A stretch of DNA of 64,000 nt. It comes from an uncultured Acidobacteriota bacterium. GTDB taxonomy: Bacteria > Acidobacteriota > UBA6911. How positions within the stretch are numbered: the stretch's first letter is position 1; each line of letters opens with the position of its first letter. The position numbers and the translations under genes were made by a program. Under the pieces are notes generated by a model. It was given only the letters and a program-made list of their open reading frames with translations. It ran no database searches and was not told the DNA's origin. The DNA lies in assembly GCA_963809485.1 (NCBI GenBank), contig CAWEJX010000007.1, positions 576,001 through 640,000 of the forward strand. Direction: 5' to 3'. Shown here in pieces: positions 21,603 to 32,040 of the stretch.

Positions 21603-22627
21603 AACGTCTATGGGTGCGCCTGTTTCTGATGATCAGCGGCGTGCTGTTTTTGGTCTTTTTTCTGCAGTTTCTCGAGATCAAAATTAGCGGCCCTTCAGAA
21701 GGTACATTTCAAAGACCATCCAATACCGAGATTGCGCATCGGCTCTATCGATTCATGGGATTTTCATTATTGGTTGGGCTCGCAGGCGGTTTCGCTATCG
21801 GACACGTTGTGAGCGCACCCATTACAGCTCTCGCGAGCGCCGCGCATCAGCTGGAAAGCGGGAAATTGCATGTACGCGTACCGGTGCACGGCAGCCTGGA
21901 ATTCCACAAACTGGCGGCCGCCTTCAACAAAATGGCTGCCGCTCTGCAGCAAGCGGAAACGGCACGCAATAATCTCATGGCCGATGTTTCCCATGAATTG
22001 CGGACACCGCTCACCGTGCTGGAAGGCAATCTGCGGGCCGCATTGGACCGTGTACAGACACTCGACGAAGCCGGCATCGCCAACCTGTATGCTCAAACGC
22101 GCCACCTGATTCGGCTGGTCAACGACCTTCGGGAAATCGCGCTGGCAGAAACGGGACAGCTGATCCTGGAAAGAACACCTACGGATATACGAACGGTGGC
22201 AAATGAAACCTTGCAGGCACTGGAACCGCTTGCCAACGAAAAAAAAGTGCAAATGAAGGTAGACATTCAGGGCTTGCCGCCGGCAAATGTCGATCCTGTG
22301 CGTATACGGCAAGTGCTTTTTAACTTGCTGTCGAATGCTTTACAACACACGCCTGGAGGCGGCGTAATTCGCATATCCGGCGAACACAGGCAGTCGAGCC
22401 TTATGCTTGCTGTCGAGGACTCGGGTGAAGGGTTGGAGCCCGACGACCTGGCTTCCATTTTCAATCGCTTCTATCGTGTCGATAAATCGCGCAGTCGCGA
22501 AACAGGCGGCACTGGGCTGGGGTTATCGATTACCAAAGCAATCATTGAGGCGCATGGGGGCTCCATTACGGCCTGCAGCGGGGGGAAGAACCAGGGAACC
22601 CGCTTTACAATAGCGCTGCCGCAATAG
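21599..22627 (+). CDS. HAMP-domain sensor histidine kinase (BaeS-like)
   Basis: Two TM segments, HAMP, SHELRTPL, NLLSNA, GTGLGL; ATGA overlap with the regulator. Confidence 0.95.
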   Translation: MKRLWVRLFLMISGVLFLVFFLQFLEIKISGPSEGTFQRPSNTEIAHRLYRFMGFSLLVGLAGGFAIGHVVSAPITALASAAHQLESGKLHVRVPVHGSLEFHKLAAAFNKMAAALQQAETARNNLMADVSHELRTPLTVLEGNLRAALDRVQTLDEAGIANLYAQTRHLIRLVNDLREIALAETGQLILERTPTDIRTVANETLQALEPLANEKKVQMKVDIQGLPPANVDPVRIRQVLFNLLSNALQHTPGGGVIRISGEHRQSSLMLAVEDSGEGLEPDDLASIFNRFYRVDKSRSRETGGTGLGLSITKAIIEAHGGSITACSGGKNQGTRFTIALPQ

Positions 22628-22740
22628 GTGTATTGTCCAACATACATTCCCCTGCGTGGATTCGGCATGTTTGGGCAGCTCTGGGACTCCATCCCTGTAT
22701 CGGGCCAGGGGTGAAAGAGCTCATTTTCGGGTTCCGGCGG

Positions 22741-23325
22741 TCATTCCGGAGGGCGGGAGGGGCGGCGCTGGAGGTCTATTTCCTTTAATTTCTGCAATTC
22801 ATCACTGAGCCTTTTTATCTTTTCATCACGATCTTTGATGTCGGATCGGAGTTTTTCGATCTGAGTGCCAAGTCCGAGAATAAATTCGGCTGGGTCCCGG
22901 TACTGGCTGTTGGGGTGTTCGGACAGCAGCCGTTTCAGTGCGGCTTCAGCCTGGCGCGGATCCCGATCCGGGCCGTCGGCCAGGAAGCGGGAAAAGCCGA
23001 GGTAATACAATGCTCTGTCTCGGCTTCCCGACTTGGGATTTTCCTGGAGAAATGTCTCGAGCAAACGGATTGCCTGTGAATAATTGCCCACCTGAAAGTT
23101 CATCTCTCCCAGGTCCAGGTTGGTGGGAGCGGTGACGGTTTTTGCCAGCGGAGCCGGTTCGAGCGGAGCCGGTTTGGGCGGGATTGTCGCGGGCCGAGTC
23201 ACCGCCGGCGGCGGCGCGCTGCGTGTCGGAACAGGCACCGGAGCGGACGGCTTCTTGTGGCAGCCCCACGGAAGAAGCAGTAACAGGATGACGAATAACG
23301 AAGGACGAAGGACGAATTTAAGCAT
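22741..23325 (-). CDS. TPR/coiled-coil lipoprotein (QseG/YfhG-like position)
   Basis: Lipobox-like LLPWGC, Pro-rich linker, TPR helices, C-terminal LQKLKEID coiled coil. Confidence 0.7.
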   Translation of the reverse strand: MLKFVLRPSLFVILLLLLPWGCHKKPSAPVPVPTRSAPPPAVTRPATIPPKPAPLEPAPLAKTVTAPTNLDLGEMNFQVGNYSQAIRLLETFLQENPKSGSRDRALYYLGFSRFLADGPDRDPRQAEAALKRLLSEHPNSQYRDPAEFILGLGTQIEKLRSDIKDRDEKIKRLSDELQKLKEIDLQRRPSRPPE

Positions 23326-23436
23326 ACTCACCAATTTCCAGCACAATTTTCTGCTTCCTGCGCAAAAAAAACCAGCTAAACATTCAGCCGTATGCTGTTT
23401 TTAATTCGTCATTCGTAATTCGTATTTCGTAATTTG

Positions 23437-24960
23437 TTATATGGGTGTGGATGCGCCCATAACCGCTTTCTCTCCGGGCGTTCCGGGACGCAGCAGAAGG
23501 AAAAAGCGGCTCCCTCCGCCGGGATTGTCGTCCGCCCAGATTGCGCCCCGGTGCGCCTGAACGATAGTGCGGGAAATAGCCAGGCCCAGCCCGGCTCCTT
23601 GTCCCGGCAGCTTGCTTCCCTGTTTGACCTGGTGAAACTTTTCAAAGATCCTTTCCTTATCCGAATCCGGGATTCCCGGCCCTGAGTCCGAAATTGTCAC
23701 CAGCCCGAAATATCCGTCCTTCCCGGCGTCGCCGATCAGGCGCCGCCATAGTTCGGGCATTTTCTCCGGATAGTTTTGCACCGCCTCCACTTGAACGCGG
23801 ACAATCCCCGCCTTCGGGGTGAACTTGATCGCATTGCCGATGAGGTTCACGAGCACCTGGACGATCCGGTCGCCGTCGCAAATCACCGGCAGGGGCTCTT
23901 CCGTTAACGCGGATTCGATCTGAACCTGTTTTTCATGAGCCTGGACTTCGAGTTCATCGATGGCGGTGCGCACCAGCGGAGCCAGGTCCAGGCTTTTCAG
24001 CTCGTATTCCATGACCCCGGCTTCAGTTCTGGCCAGATCCAGGAGATTGCCGATCATCGAGGTGAGGCGCCGGCCGCTTTGACGGTTCAGCTCGAGCAGC
24101 CGCCTCTGTTTCTCGTTCAGGGGGCCGGGGATCTGGTCGAGCATGAGCTGGAGGGTCTCCTGCATGGAAGCGAGCGGGGATTTCAGCTCGTGCGACACGT
24201 GGGAGACAAAATCTTTTTTCAGCTTGTCCAGCTCATTCAACCGGAGAGTCATGGTGTTGAAATCCCGGGCAAGCTCCGAAAATTCGTCGTTGCGCGACGT
24301 GTCGAGCCGGTAGAAGAACTTGCCCTCGGCTATGGCCCGGGTTCCTTCCGTAAGATGCCCCAGCGGTTTGGAGATGGACCGGACAATGAGAAAGGAAACC
24401 AGGATGCTGATCGCCAATGCGAGAAGGGTGGCGCTCATCAGCACCAATTCCGCGGTTTTGAGGGTTTGGGTGGATTTATCCAATTTCCTCTGCATCGAAC
24501 TCACGCTCTTGTCAAAAATGGAGATGGTGCAGGTTCGCATCTGATCCAGCTCTTCCTGAAGTTTTTGCAGCAGGCCGGCATCGCGCTGGTACAGCTGACC
24601 CATATCGGCGACATAGGAATTCCAGAGCTCGGAGAGCTGCCGAATGTCTTCAAGATCTTCTCCCAGGTTGGCGGTGTGTTTGAGCTTCATCAGGCTTTCT
24701 TCAAAATCCTTCTGAACCTCTTTGAGCTGTTTCCTATAGCCTGTGTCGTCTGACACAAAAACCTTCCGGGTATAAAACTCAACCTCGTACAGGTTATTCC
24801 TCGCGTCCAGGCTATTGCGCGCATATTGGAAATTGACCTCCGCCAGGGTTTTGTTGATACGCTGCAGGTGTCCGACCGTGACGGACTGGTATATTGCCAG
24901 TGCCGCCAGGATGAAGATTAAGAGGCCGTAACCGGAAACAATGCGTGTGGTTATTTTCAT
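23437..24960 (-). CDS. HAMP sensor histidine kinase (GlrK/QseE-like)
   Basis: Two TM segments, SHELKSPL, NLIGNAIKF, GAGLGLAIS. Confidence 0.93.
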   Translation of the reverse strand: MKITTRIVSGYGLLIFILAALAIYQSVTVGHLQRINKTLAEVNFQYARNSLDARNNLYEVEFYTRKVFVSDDTGYRKQLKEVQKDFEESLMKLKHTANLGEDLEDIRQLSELWNSYVADMGQLYQRDAGLLQKLQEELDQMRTCTISIFDKSVSSMQRKLDKSTQTLKTAELVLMSATLLALAISILVSFLIVRSISKPLGHLTEGTRAIAEGKFFYRLDTSRNDEFSELARDFNTMTLRLNELDKLKKDFVSHVSHELKSPLASMQETLQLMLDQIPGPLNEKQRRLLELNRQSGRRLTSMIGNLLDLARTEAGVMEYELKSLDLAPLVRTAIDELEVQAHEKQVQIESALTEEPLPVICDGDRIVQVLVNLIGNAIKFTPKAGIVRVQVEAVQNYPEKMPELWRRLIGDAGKDGYFGLVTISDSGPGIPDSDKERIFEKFHQVKQGSKLPGQGAGLGLAISRTIVQAHRGAIWADDNPGGGSRFFLLLRPGTPGEKAVMGASTPI

Positions 24961-25051
24961 GAAATTATTTTGCCTGCTATCAGGCGCCGAAAGCTTCGGA
25001 GAACAGTCCGCCTGATATCCTCCCAAACAATTTGCCGGGCGAACAACCGGG

Positions 25052-26401
25052 TCAACCTATGCCATAGGTTTTCAGTTTGTTCCGGATCGTTTTCACGTCC
25101 AGTCCCAGCTGGCGCGCAGCCTCGGCTTTATTGTTCCCCGTCTGCCGCAGGGTCCGCAGGATGAGTTCCCTTTCGGCTTCGGCGGCGGTCGCCCCCGCGG
25201 GCAGCACGATCTTCACGGGCGAGCTCTGCACATAGGCGGGCAGGTGGGAAGGCTCTATCCACGATCCCTTCGCCAGGATGACGGCTCTTTCCATGATGTT
25301 TCTCAGCTCGCGGATGTTGCCCGGCCACGAATATGCTTTCAGCAGTTCCAGCGTTTCGCTCTTGCAGGATTCGACCTGCAGTTTGTGCTTGGCGTTGAAC
25401 TCGCTGATGAAAGCCTGCACCAGGAGGGGGATATCCGTTTTGTGTTCCCGAAGCGGCGGAAGAGCAACCGTGAACACATTCAACCGGTAGAAAAGATCCT
25501 CGCGCAGTCTTCCGACTTCGACAGCGGCCCTCGGGTCCCGGTTGGTTGCGGCAAGGACGCGGACGTCCACGAGAAATTCCTGGCTGCCTCCCACCCGCCG
25601 GACGCGCTGGTCTTCCACGACACGCAACAGCTTGGGCTGCAGCGCCAGCGGCATTTCCGCGATTTCATCGAGGAAAAGGGTGCCGCGGTTCGCGAGTTCG
25701 AAGCAGCCGGTCCGCACTCCGGTGGCGCCGGTGAAAGATCCTCGCTCGTGGCCGAATATCTCGCTTTCCATGAGGTTTTCGGGGATAGCGGCGGCGTTGA
25801 TGGCGATAAAGGGCCCTTTGGAGCGCTGGCTCAGATCGTGAATCGTGCGCGCGGCCAGTTCCTTCCCGGTCCCGCTTTCTCCGGTAATGATGGCGAAAGC
25901 GTCGCTGTGGCTGATGCTCGCGATCAGCTCGTAAACTTCGCGCATCAATTTGCTGGTTCCGATGAAATCGCCGAAGCCAGCGCCGTGTTCGAGCTGAGAG
26001 ACCAGCCGGCGCGATTCCCTGCGCAGATCGACCTCCTTCTCCGCCTGGTCGAGGATCATTTTCAACTTGCCGTAATCGATAGGCTTGGTGACAAAGTCCT
26101 GAGCGCCCTGTTTCATCGCGTCCACCGCCAGGTCGATGCTGGCCTGGGCCGTCACAAGGATGATCGGACGATGAGGACCACCGGCTTTGAGCAGACGCAG
26201 CAGTTCCATGCCTGAGACCTGAGGCATGACGACGTCGGATATGACGATGTCCGGGTCAAAGGATTCCGCCAACTGCTCTCCTTCCCGCCCATCCGTAGCC
26301 AGGCAGACCTCGAATCCCCACTCCTGCAGCCGCATCTCGAGGACTTCCCTCATGGCTGCCTCGTCATCGACCACCAATATTTTCGTGCTGCGGTTTTTCA
26401 C
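25052..26401 (-). CDS. Sigma54-dependent NtrC-family response regulator
   Basis: Receiver domain, GESGTGKE, GSFTGA, WPGNIREL, Fis-type HTH. Confidence 0.95.
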   Translation of the reverse strand: MKNRSTKILVVDDEAAMREVLEMRLQEWGFEVCLATDGREGEQLAESFDPDIVISDVVMPQVSGMELLRLLKAGGPHRPIILVTAQASIDLAVDAMKQGAQDFVTKPIDYGKLKMILDQAEKEVDLRRESRRLVSQLEHGAGFGDFIGTSKLMREVYELIASISHSDAFAIITGESGTGKELAARTIHDLSQRSKGPFIAINAAAIPENLMESEIFGHERGSFTGATGVRTGCFELANRGTLFLDEIAEMPLALQPKLLRVVEDQRVRRVGGSQEFLVDVRVLAATNRDPRAAVEVGRLREDLFYRLNVFTVALPPLREHKTDIPLLVQAFISEFNAKHKLQVESCKSETLELLKAYSWPGNIRELRNIMERAVILAKGSWIEPSHLPAYVQSSPVKIVLPAGATAAEAERELILRTLRQTGNNKAEAARQLGLDVKTIRNKLKTYGIG

Positions 26402-26582
26402 GTTTTTTCGCCCTCCGCTTCATCGAAGGCCGTTTCCCAACAGGGAGGCAGGTGATTCGAAAACATCTGCCTACTAAGTATAGCGGGAACAGAGCGCGGT
26501 GGGGAAATTTTCCCTGCTGTTTTTGGCCATAAACGCATGCCATGCTTTTTTTATTTTCGAAGCAGTTTATAATAGGCGGGCA

Positions 26583-27341
26583 ATGAAGATGATGGCGCTG
26601 ACCGAGCAGGCAATCAGTCTTATCCGTAAATCGGGCAACATTGTGGCGCTTTCCGGCGCCGGCATCAGCACCGAGGCGGGGATCCCGGACTTTCGCGGAC
26701 CCGGCGGCATGTGGGAAGAACCCGGCCTCATGGATCAGCTTTCGGTCAGCGGGTTCCGCAACAGTCCGGAAACTTTCTACCGGACCAGCGTGAGGCTCTT
26801 CTCAACCATCGCGCGCGCCGAACCGACATCGGCGCACCGGCTGCTGGTGCGGCTGGAGCAGTTGAACAAGCTCAAAGCCGTCATCACGCAGAACATCGAC
26901 GGCCTGCACACAGCCGCCGGCTCCACCAACGTCTTTGAGCTCCACGGAACCTATCGCACAGGCCACTGCCCGCAATGCGGCGCTGAATTCGAGATGGCGG
27001 AGTTTTATGCGGAGATCGAGCGCGGGAATTTGCGCGTGCCGCTTTGTTCCGCATGTGCGGTTCCCATCAAGCCGGATATCGTGCTCTTTGAGGATCTGCT
27101 CCCCGTGAATGCGTGGGATGGTGCGGTGCAGGCGGCCACCACATGCGATCTCATGCTGATTTTCGGATCGTCGCTCATGGTGTATCCGGCGGCCGAACTG
27201 CCCATGATCGCTTATGAGCATGGTGCCCGGCTGGTCATCGTCAACCTGGGCGAAACCAGCTACGACAATATGGCTGCAGTTACCATCAAGAGCAGGATCG
27301 GCGATTTCGCGAAAACCGCCCTCGCCACCTTCATGGAGTAG
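26583..27341 (+). CDS. cobB: Sir2-family NAD-dependent protein deacylase
   Basis: GAGISTEAGIPDFRG, TQNIDGLH, ELHG, two CxxC pairs, GSSLMVYPAA. Confidence 0.9.
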   Translation: MKMMALTEQAISLIRKSGNIVALSGAGISTEAGIPDFRGPGGMWEEPGLMDQLSVSGFRNSPETFYRTSVRLFSTIARAEPTSAHRLLVRLEQLNKLKAVITQNIDGLHTAAGSTNVFELHGTYRTGHCPQCGAEFEMAEFYAEIERGNLRVPLCSACAVPIKPDIVLFEDLLPVNAWDGAVQAATTCDLMLIFGSSLMVYPAAELPMIAYEHGARLVIVNLGETSYDNMAAVTIKSRIGDFAKTALATFME

Positions 27342-27423
27342 CCCCGGGACCAGCAAAAGTATCAGCTACCCCATAATCCCCAGCCGTCCATGTTACACGG
27401 TGAACGTGTGAACGTTCTAACGT

Positions 27424-28674
27424 TCAACGATCCGATGCTTTCCCTTCAATTTTCTTCATTGCCTTCATATAGAGCAGCACGGTCCCGACGCCTGCGACCA
27501 GCATCGTGATGCACGTCCAGGCCATGGATAGTGGAGTTCCCCAGATCAGCGGAACGAGAGCCGAGACGACCGAGTTGGCAGCAAGGCCAATAAATCCCTG
27601 GCAGGATGCGGCCAAACCTTTCTGTTGGGGAAACAGGTCGAGCGTCAGCAGGGTGAGGCTGGGCATGGCGATGGACATCCCGGCCACGTATACGAACAGA
27701 GGAACGATGCTCCAGGGAAGCATGGGAGGAAATATCAGGCTGTACAGAAGATTGCCGATGGACGCGATCGTCATGACGATGTATCCGGTAAAAATAGTCC
27801 GGTTGCCGGATATTTTTCCGGCGCAGTAGCCCGATATCCAGGCGCCGATCACCATCGCGGCGGACATGGGTCCGAACAGCCATAGAAATTGGGTCTCCCG
27901 GAGATGCAGGTGTTTCATCAGGAACGTAGGAGCTCCCAGTATATAAATGAAGAATCCCGCGTTGGTGAACGCCATCGAGCCGCACGCCATCAGGAATGCC
28001 GGCTCCGTCATCACTTTCCAATAGGAACGCGCGAGGTATCTGGTTTCCAGACGCTGCCGCTGCTCGCGCGGCAGCGTTTCGGGCAGGAAGCGCCAGGCGC
28101 TGAACAAAATGAACGCCGAGAGGAATACCAGGAAGTAGAAAATCGATCTCCAGCCGAACCAGATCTGCAGCCAGCCGCCGATCACGGGCGCCAGAATCGG
28201 CGCAATGGTGAATATGGTCGACACATGAGCCATCAGCCGCTGGGCGTCCGGCCCTTCGAAAAGGTCGCGCACGACCGCCCGGCCCACAATCATGCCGGCG
28301 CCTGCCGTCGCTCCCTGCAGGGCGCGGAAGAACAAAAGCATATGAATATTGACGGCAAAAGCGCAGCCGGCGGAAGCGGCCAGGAAAACACCCAGTGCGA
28401 TGAGCGTCAGCCGCCGCCGTCCGTAGGCATCCGAAATGGCGCCGTGCCATAGGGACATGACGGCGAAGGAGAGAAGGAAGGCCGTCATGGTCTGCTGGAC
28501 CTCGGCGGCCGAGGCGTGGAGGCCCATCCCGATGGACGGAAGCGAAGGCAGATAGGTGTCGATCGAAAACGGCCCGATCCAGGAAAGCGCCGCGAGCACA
28601 AACGTCACGCCGCCGATCGTGAACCCTGCGGGCAGGTGCCGTTCTTTGATTTCAGGTAAAGCTACAGTAGCCAT
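27424..28674 (-). CDS. Bcr/CflA-family MFS efflux transporter
   Basis: SIDTYLPSLP, GAISDAYGRR, LPETL; about 12 TM segments. Confidence 0.93.
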   Translation of the reverse strand: MATVALPEIKERHLPAGFTIGGVTFVLAALSWIGPFSIDTYLPSLPSIGMGLHASAAEVQQTMTAFLLSFAVMSLWHGAISDAYGRRRLTLIALGVFLAASAGCAFAVNIHMLLFFRALQGATAGAGMIVGRAVVRDLFEGPDAQRLMAHVSTIFTIAPILAPVIGGWLQIWFGWRSIFYFLVFLSAFILFSAWRFLPETLPREQRQRLETRYLARSYWKVMTEPAFLMACGSMAFTNAGFFIYILGAPTFLMKHLHLRETQFLWLFGPMSAAMVIGAWISGYCAGKISGNRTIFTGYIVMTIASIGNLLYSLIFPPMLPWSIVPLFVYVAGMSIAMPSLTLLTLDLFPQQKGLAASCQGFIGLAANSVVSALVPLIWGTPLSMAWTCITMLVAGVGTVLLYMKAMKKIEGKASDR

Positions 28675-28810
28675 AAATATACTTTATGATCCCATATTGA
28701 AGCGCTGTTGTTTCGTACGCAGGGAAGCACGCGGCTGGCGGAAGCGCCACGCGGCTCAGCCAAGCGAGGAGGGATTTAGCGCCGAAGCCGGCGTTACATG
28801 CCGGGAATTG

Positions 28811-30145
28811 TTATGTGTACCTGCCGTACTCCTTTGCAGCTTCCATCATTGCGCGCAGGTTGTCGGGATTCCCCTGATCAACGTGGGCGCCGCCGGTCAG
28901 GATAAATCCGCCGCCCGGAGCGCAGACTTCGATGAGTTTCCGGCAATATTCCTTAACTTCCTTGGAGGTGCCCGTGACCATCAGAGAGGACGGCACGTTG
29001 CCCGAGATGCAGCAATTGCTGCCGAGTATTTTCTTGGCCGCGGCCATGTCCGTCCGGTCGAAAAGCCAGGAAACCTCGCCCTTGGGAAATTCGTTGACCG
29101 TCTCGAGCCGCGAGGTGTAGGTTCCCTCCGCGAAAAGCTCGGGGCGGATCCCCTCTTTGATCAGGGCCTCGCAGACCTTCTTGAGCGACGGCCAGTAGAA
29201 TTTCTCGAACTGTTTCGGAGACATGAATCCGTCGGCTCCCTTGTGCAGGGGGAACATAGCCATATAGGCTTTGGAGGCGTTTGCAGAGGCGATGGTTTGG
29301 CGGATTGTGAAATCGGTCACCGCGTCGATGGCTTCCAGGAGAACCTCGGGGCGCCGGTACATGTCCTTGACGATGCCCTTGGTGCCTCTCAAGGTGTCGC
29401 CGATGGTGTCGAACGGGGCTTTGGCAAAAGCCATGCGCGTGGCCGGGTAGCCCGATTGCTGGGCCCACTGCCCGAATTCGGCGATGACTTTCGACCATAC
29501 GGCAAGCTCGTTGCCGACATCGATCAGCGTCTGAGCTGCCTTCTGCATTTTAGGATTCATGTAGGGCATGAACCAGGAGGCTGGCGCTTCGATGATGCTG
29601 GTAAAGGGCGACAGTGTTTTCCACGGTTCGAAGGCGCCGAAAACACGGGGGATGTAGGTCCGCATCCAGAAATCCGAGGGATCCTTGATGAGGAGGTCGT
29701 ACTCGTCCTCGTGCATGTATTCGCCTTCGACGAACTGGATCCCCGTGGCGTTCATGGGAAGGCCGTGTCCCGGCCAGGAGTAGAGTTTGTAATCCAGGAG
29801 TTCGTAAACTCTGCCGGGAAGCACCATCCCGGGGCTGACGGCGAGGTCGGTCTCAAAATGGTCGTAAAATTGTTTCCAGGCCGAGCGGAGCTTGTCGTAG
29901 TCGTAAATGACGGTGTGCAGGTCGGTGCCGGCTATGTAAGCAGGCCAGTTGCCCACGGGAAGGGTAAAGGGCACTCTGTCCGGCTTTTCGACCTTGTAGG
30001 CGCGGATGAACCTTTGCGCCCTTTCGCGGTATTTTTCTCTGGCTTCGGGGCTCGAAAATTTGATGTCGGCATTCAGCCACCCATCGTATCTCTGTGCCTG
30101 TTTTTCGGCCGGCGACAGTTCCGCCCATTTCTTTTCCGCATCCAT
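28811..30145 (-). CDS. Uroporphyrinogen decarboxylase/methyltransferase superfamily protein (not canonical HemE)
   Basis: KPDRVP, WPGHG, APFDTIGDTLRG, FMSPKQFEKFYWP, ISGNVP, GGGFIL. Confidence 0.85.
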   Translation of the reverse strand: MDAEKKWAELSPAEKQAQRYDGWLNADIKFSSPEAREKYRERAQRFIRAYKVEKPDRVPFTLPVGNWPAYIAGTDLHTVIYDYDKLRSAWKQFYDHFETDLAVSPGMVLPGRVYELLDYKLYSWPGHGLPMNATGIQFVEGEYMHEDEYDLLIKDPSDFWMRTYIPRVFGAFEPWKTLSPFTSIIEAPASWFMPYMNPKMQKAAQTLIDVGNELAVWSKVIAEFGQWAQQSGYPATRMAFAKAPFDTIGDTLRGTKGIVKDMYRRPEVLLEAIDAVTDFTIRQTIASANASKAYMAMFPLHKGADGFMSPKQFEKFYWPSLKKVCEALIKEGIRPELFAEGTYTSRLETVNEFPKGEVSWLFDRTDMAAAKKILGSNCCISGNVPSSLMVTGTSKEVKEYCRKLIEVCAPGGGFILTGGAHVDQGNPDNLRAMMEAAKEYGRYT

Positions 30146-30268
30146 ATCAGCTCCTGGTTAGCAAATTGCAGCCAAATATAATAGCACAATATTCGCGGCT
30201 TGGAGGCTTTGTGTCTTTGAGTTTTGCAGGCTGTGTTAGAATCGGGCGTAAACGGAGGGATCCTAGCC

Positions 30269-31861
30269 ATGCAACCCGAATCCAGACGGACTTTTCTGAA
30301 ACAAGCGTCCATAGCCGGAGCCGCCTTCGCCGCCGGCCGCCGGCTGAACGGACTCGCAGCGGAATCTTCCCCGGCGCGCGTCTATGTCGATCCCGCGCAG
30401 AAGATCGCGCCCCTGGACCGCAAAGTTTTCGGCTCATTCATCGAACATCTGGGACGTTCGGTCTACGGGGGCATCTACGAACCCGGCTCGAAGCTTGCCG
30501 ATGCGAACGGATTTCGAAAAGACGTACTGGATGAAATCAAAGCGATGGGCGTTCCCATCATCCGGTATCCGGGAGGAAACTTCGTATCCGGCTACAACTG
30601 GCTCGACGGGGTGGGCCCGAAGGACAAACGGCCGGTCGTGCTGGACAAAGCCTGGAACACGCTCGAGCCCAACCAGTTCGGCACCAACGAATTCATGGCC
30701 TGGTGCAAGGCTGTGGGCACGGAACCGCTGATGGGCCTGAACCTGGGGACCGGCACCGCGGAAATGGCGGCGGCGCTGGTGGAATACTGCAATCTGGAAA
30801 AGGGCACGAAATGGAGCGATCTGCGGCGCCAGCACGGAATCGAGCAGCCTCACAATGTGAAATACTGGTGTCTGGGGAACGAAATGGACGGACCCTGGCA
30901 GATCGGCCACATGCCTGCGCGCGAATATGGTCTGAAGGCGCGGGACAGCGCGAACCAGATGCGCATGGTGGATCCGTCGCTTCAGCTGATCGCGTGCGGA
31001 TCCAGCGGCCCGGGCATGGCCACTTATCTCGAATGGGACCGGCAGGTGCTCGAGGAGTGCTATGACATGGTCGACGGCATTTCGTTGCACTGCTACTACC
31101 GGAACGATGCGATGGAGACGGGCGCCGCGGGCGACACTTCGAAATTCCTGTCCTTCAATCTCCAGATGGAAGAGCAGATCGATGAAATCATCGGCGTCTG
31201 CGATTACGTCCGCCGCCGCAAGCGTTCCCGCAAGCAGCTCTGGCTGTCGTTCGACGAGTGGAACGTCTGGTATCGCGCGCGGGGCGGAGACGGAGGCGGC
31301 CAACTGGCGCCGCACCTGCTGGAGGAAGTCTACAACCTCGAAGACGCGCTGCTGGTGGGCGGCTTCCTCAATTCGCTGATGCGCCATGCCGGCCGCGTAC
31401 GCGTGGCTTGCCTCGCCCAGCTGGTAAACGTCATTGCGCCGATCACGACCAATCCCGACGGCTTCTTCCGTCACACGATCTACTATCCGTATCTATGGGC
31501 GCTCCGGTGTGCGCGCGGCGAGGTGCTCGACCTGGCGGTGGAGTCCGCGGCATACGAGGTGCAGGGTGCCGGTCAGGTGCCCTATATAGATGTGGCGGGC
31601 ACCCGGGAAAAGGACACGGTGAGCCTTTTCATAATGAACCGGGATCTGGAGAAGGCGCGGGATGTGGAAGTGGTCTGGCGCGAAGCGCCGCCGCAGCGCG
31701 TGCTCTTCTCGCAGGTGCTGACCGGATCCGACCTTAAGGCCTTCAACAGCTTTGAAAACCCGAACCGGGTAGCGCCTCAGCCCTTCGATGCGCCGAAGTC
31801 GGCTTCGCGCATGGCATTACAGGTCCCCGCCCGCTCCTACACCGTCATCCAGTGGGGATAA
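30269..31861 (+). CDS. Alpha-L-arabinofuranosidase (GH51) with Tat signal
   Basis: SRRTFLK, FIEHLGR, RYPGGNF, LGNEMDGPWQ, SFDEWNVW, AQLVNVIAPI. Confidence 0.95.
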   Translation: MQPESRRTFLKQASIAGAAFAAGRRLNGLAAESSPARVYVDPAQKIAPLDRKVFGSFIEHLGRSVYGGIYEPGSKLADANGFRKDVLDEIKAMGVPIIRYPGGNFVSGYNWLDGVGPKDKRPVVLDKAWNTLEPNQFGTNEFMAWCKAVGTEPLMGLNLGTGTAEMAAALVEYCNLEKGTKWSDLRRQHGIEQPHNVKYWCLGNEMDGPWQIGHMPAREYGLKARDSANQMRMVDPSLQLIACGSSGPGMATYLEWDRQVLEECYDMVDGISLHCYYRNDAMETGAAGDTSKFLSFNLQMEEQIDEIIGVCDYVRRRKRSRKQLWLSFDEWNVWYRARGGDGGGQLAPHLLEEVYNLEDALLVGGFLNSLMRHAGRVRVACLAQLVNVIAPITTNPDGFFRHTIYYPYLWALRCARGEVLDLAVESAAYEVQGAGQVPYIDVAGTREKDTVSLFIMNRDLEKARDVEVVWREAPPQRVLFSQVLTGSDLKAFNSFENPNRVAPQPFDAPKSASRMALQVPARSYTVIQWG

Positions 31862-32040
31862 TCAACATCAAATGCTGAAAAAATAGTATTTATTGTTTTT
31901 CAGCGTATGTCAGCGTTTATCGGCGTTCGTCGGCGTCAAAATTTGGGGACAAGCCCCCAGAGTCGGTCTCAAAACGACTGTCCCGAGATCCTCGCCGGCA
32001 GTTTTGCGACAGTCCCTCCAGATCCGTTCGGCGGGTCTTC

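Noticed and set aside
26583-27341. Sir2 as an anti-phage effector
   Set aside because: Canonical Zn-binding sirtuin in a housekeeping context with no defence partner.
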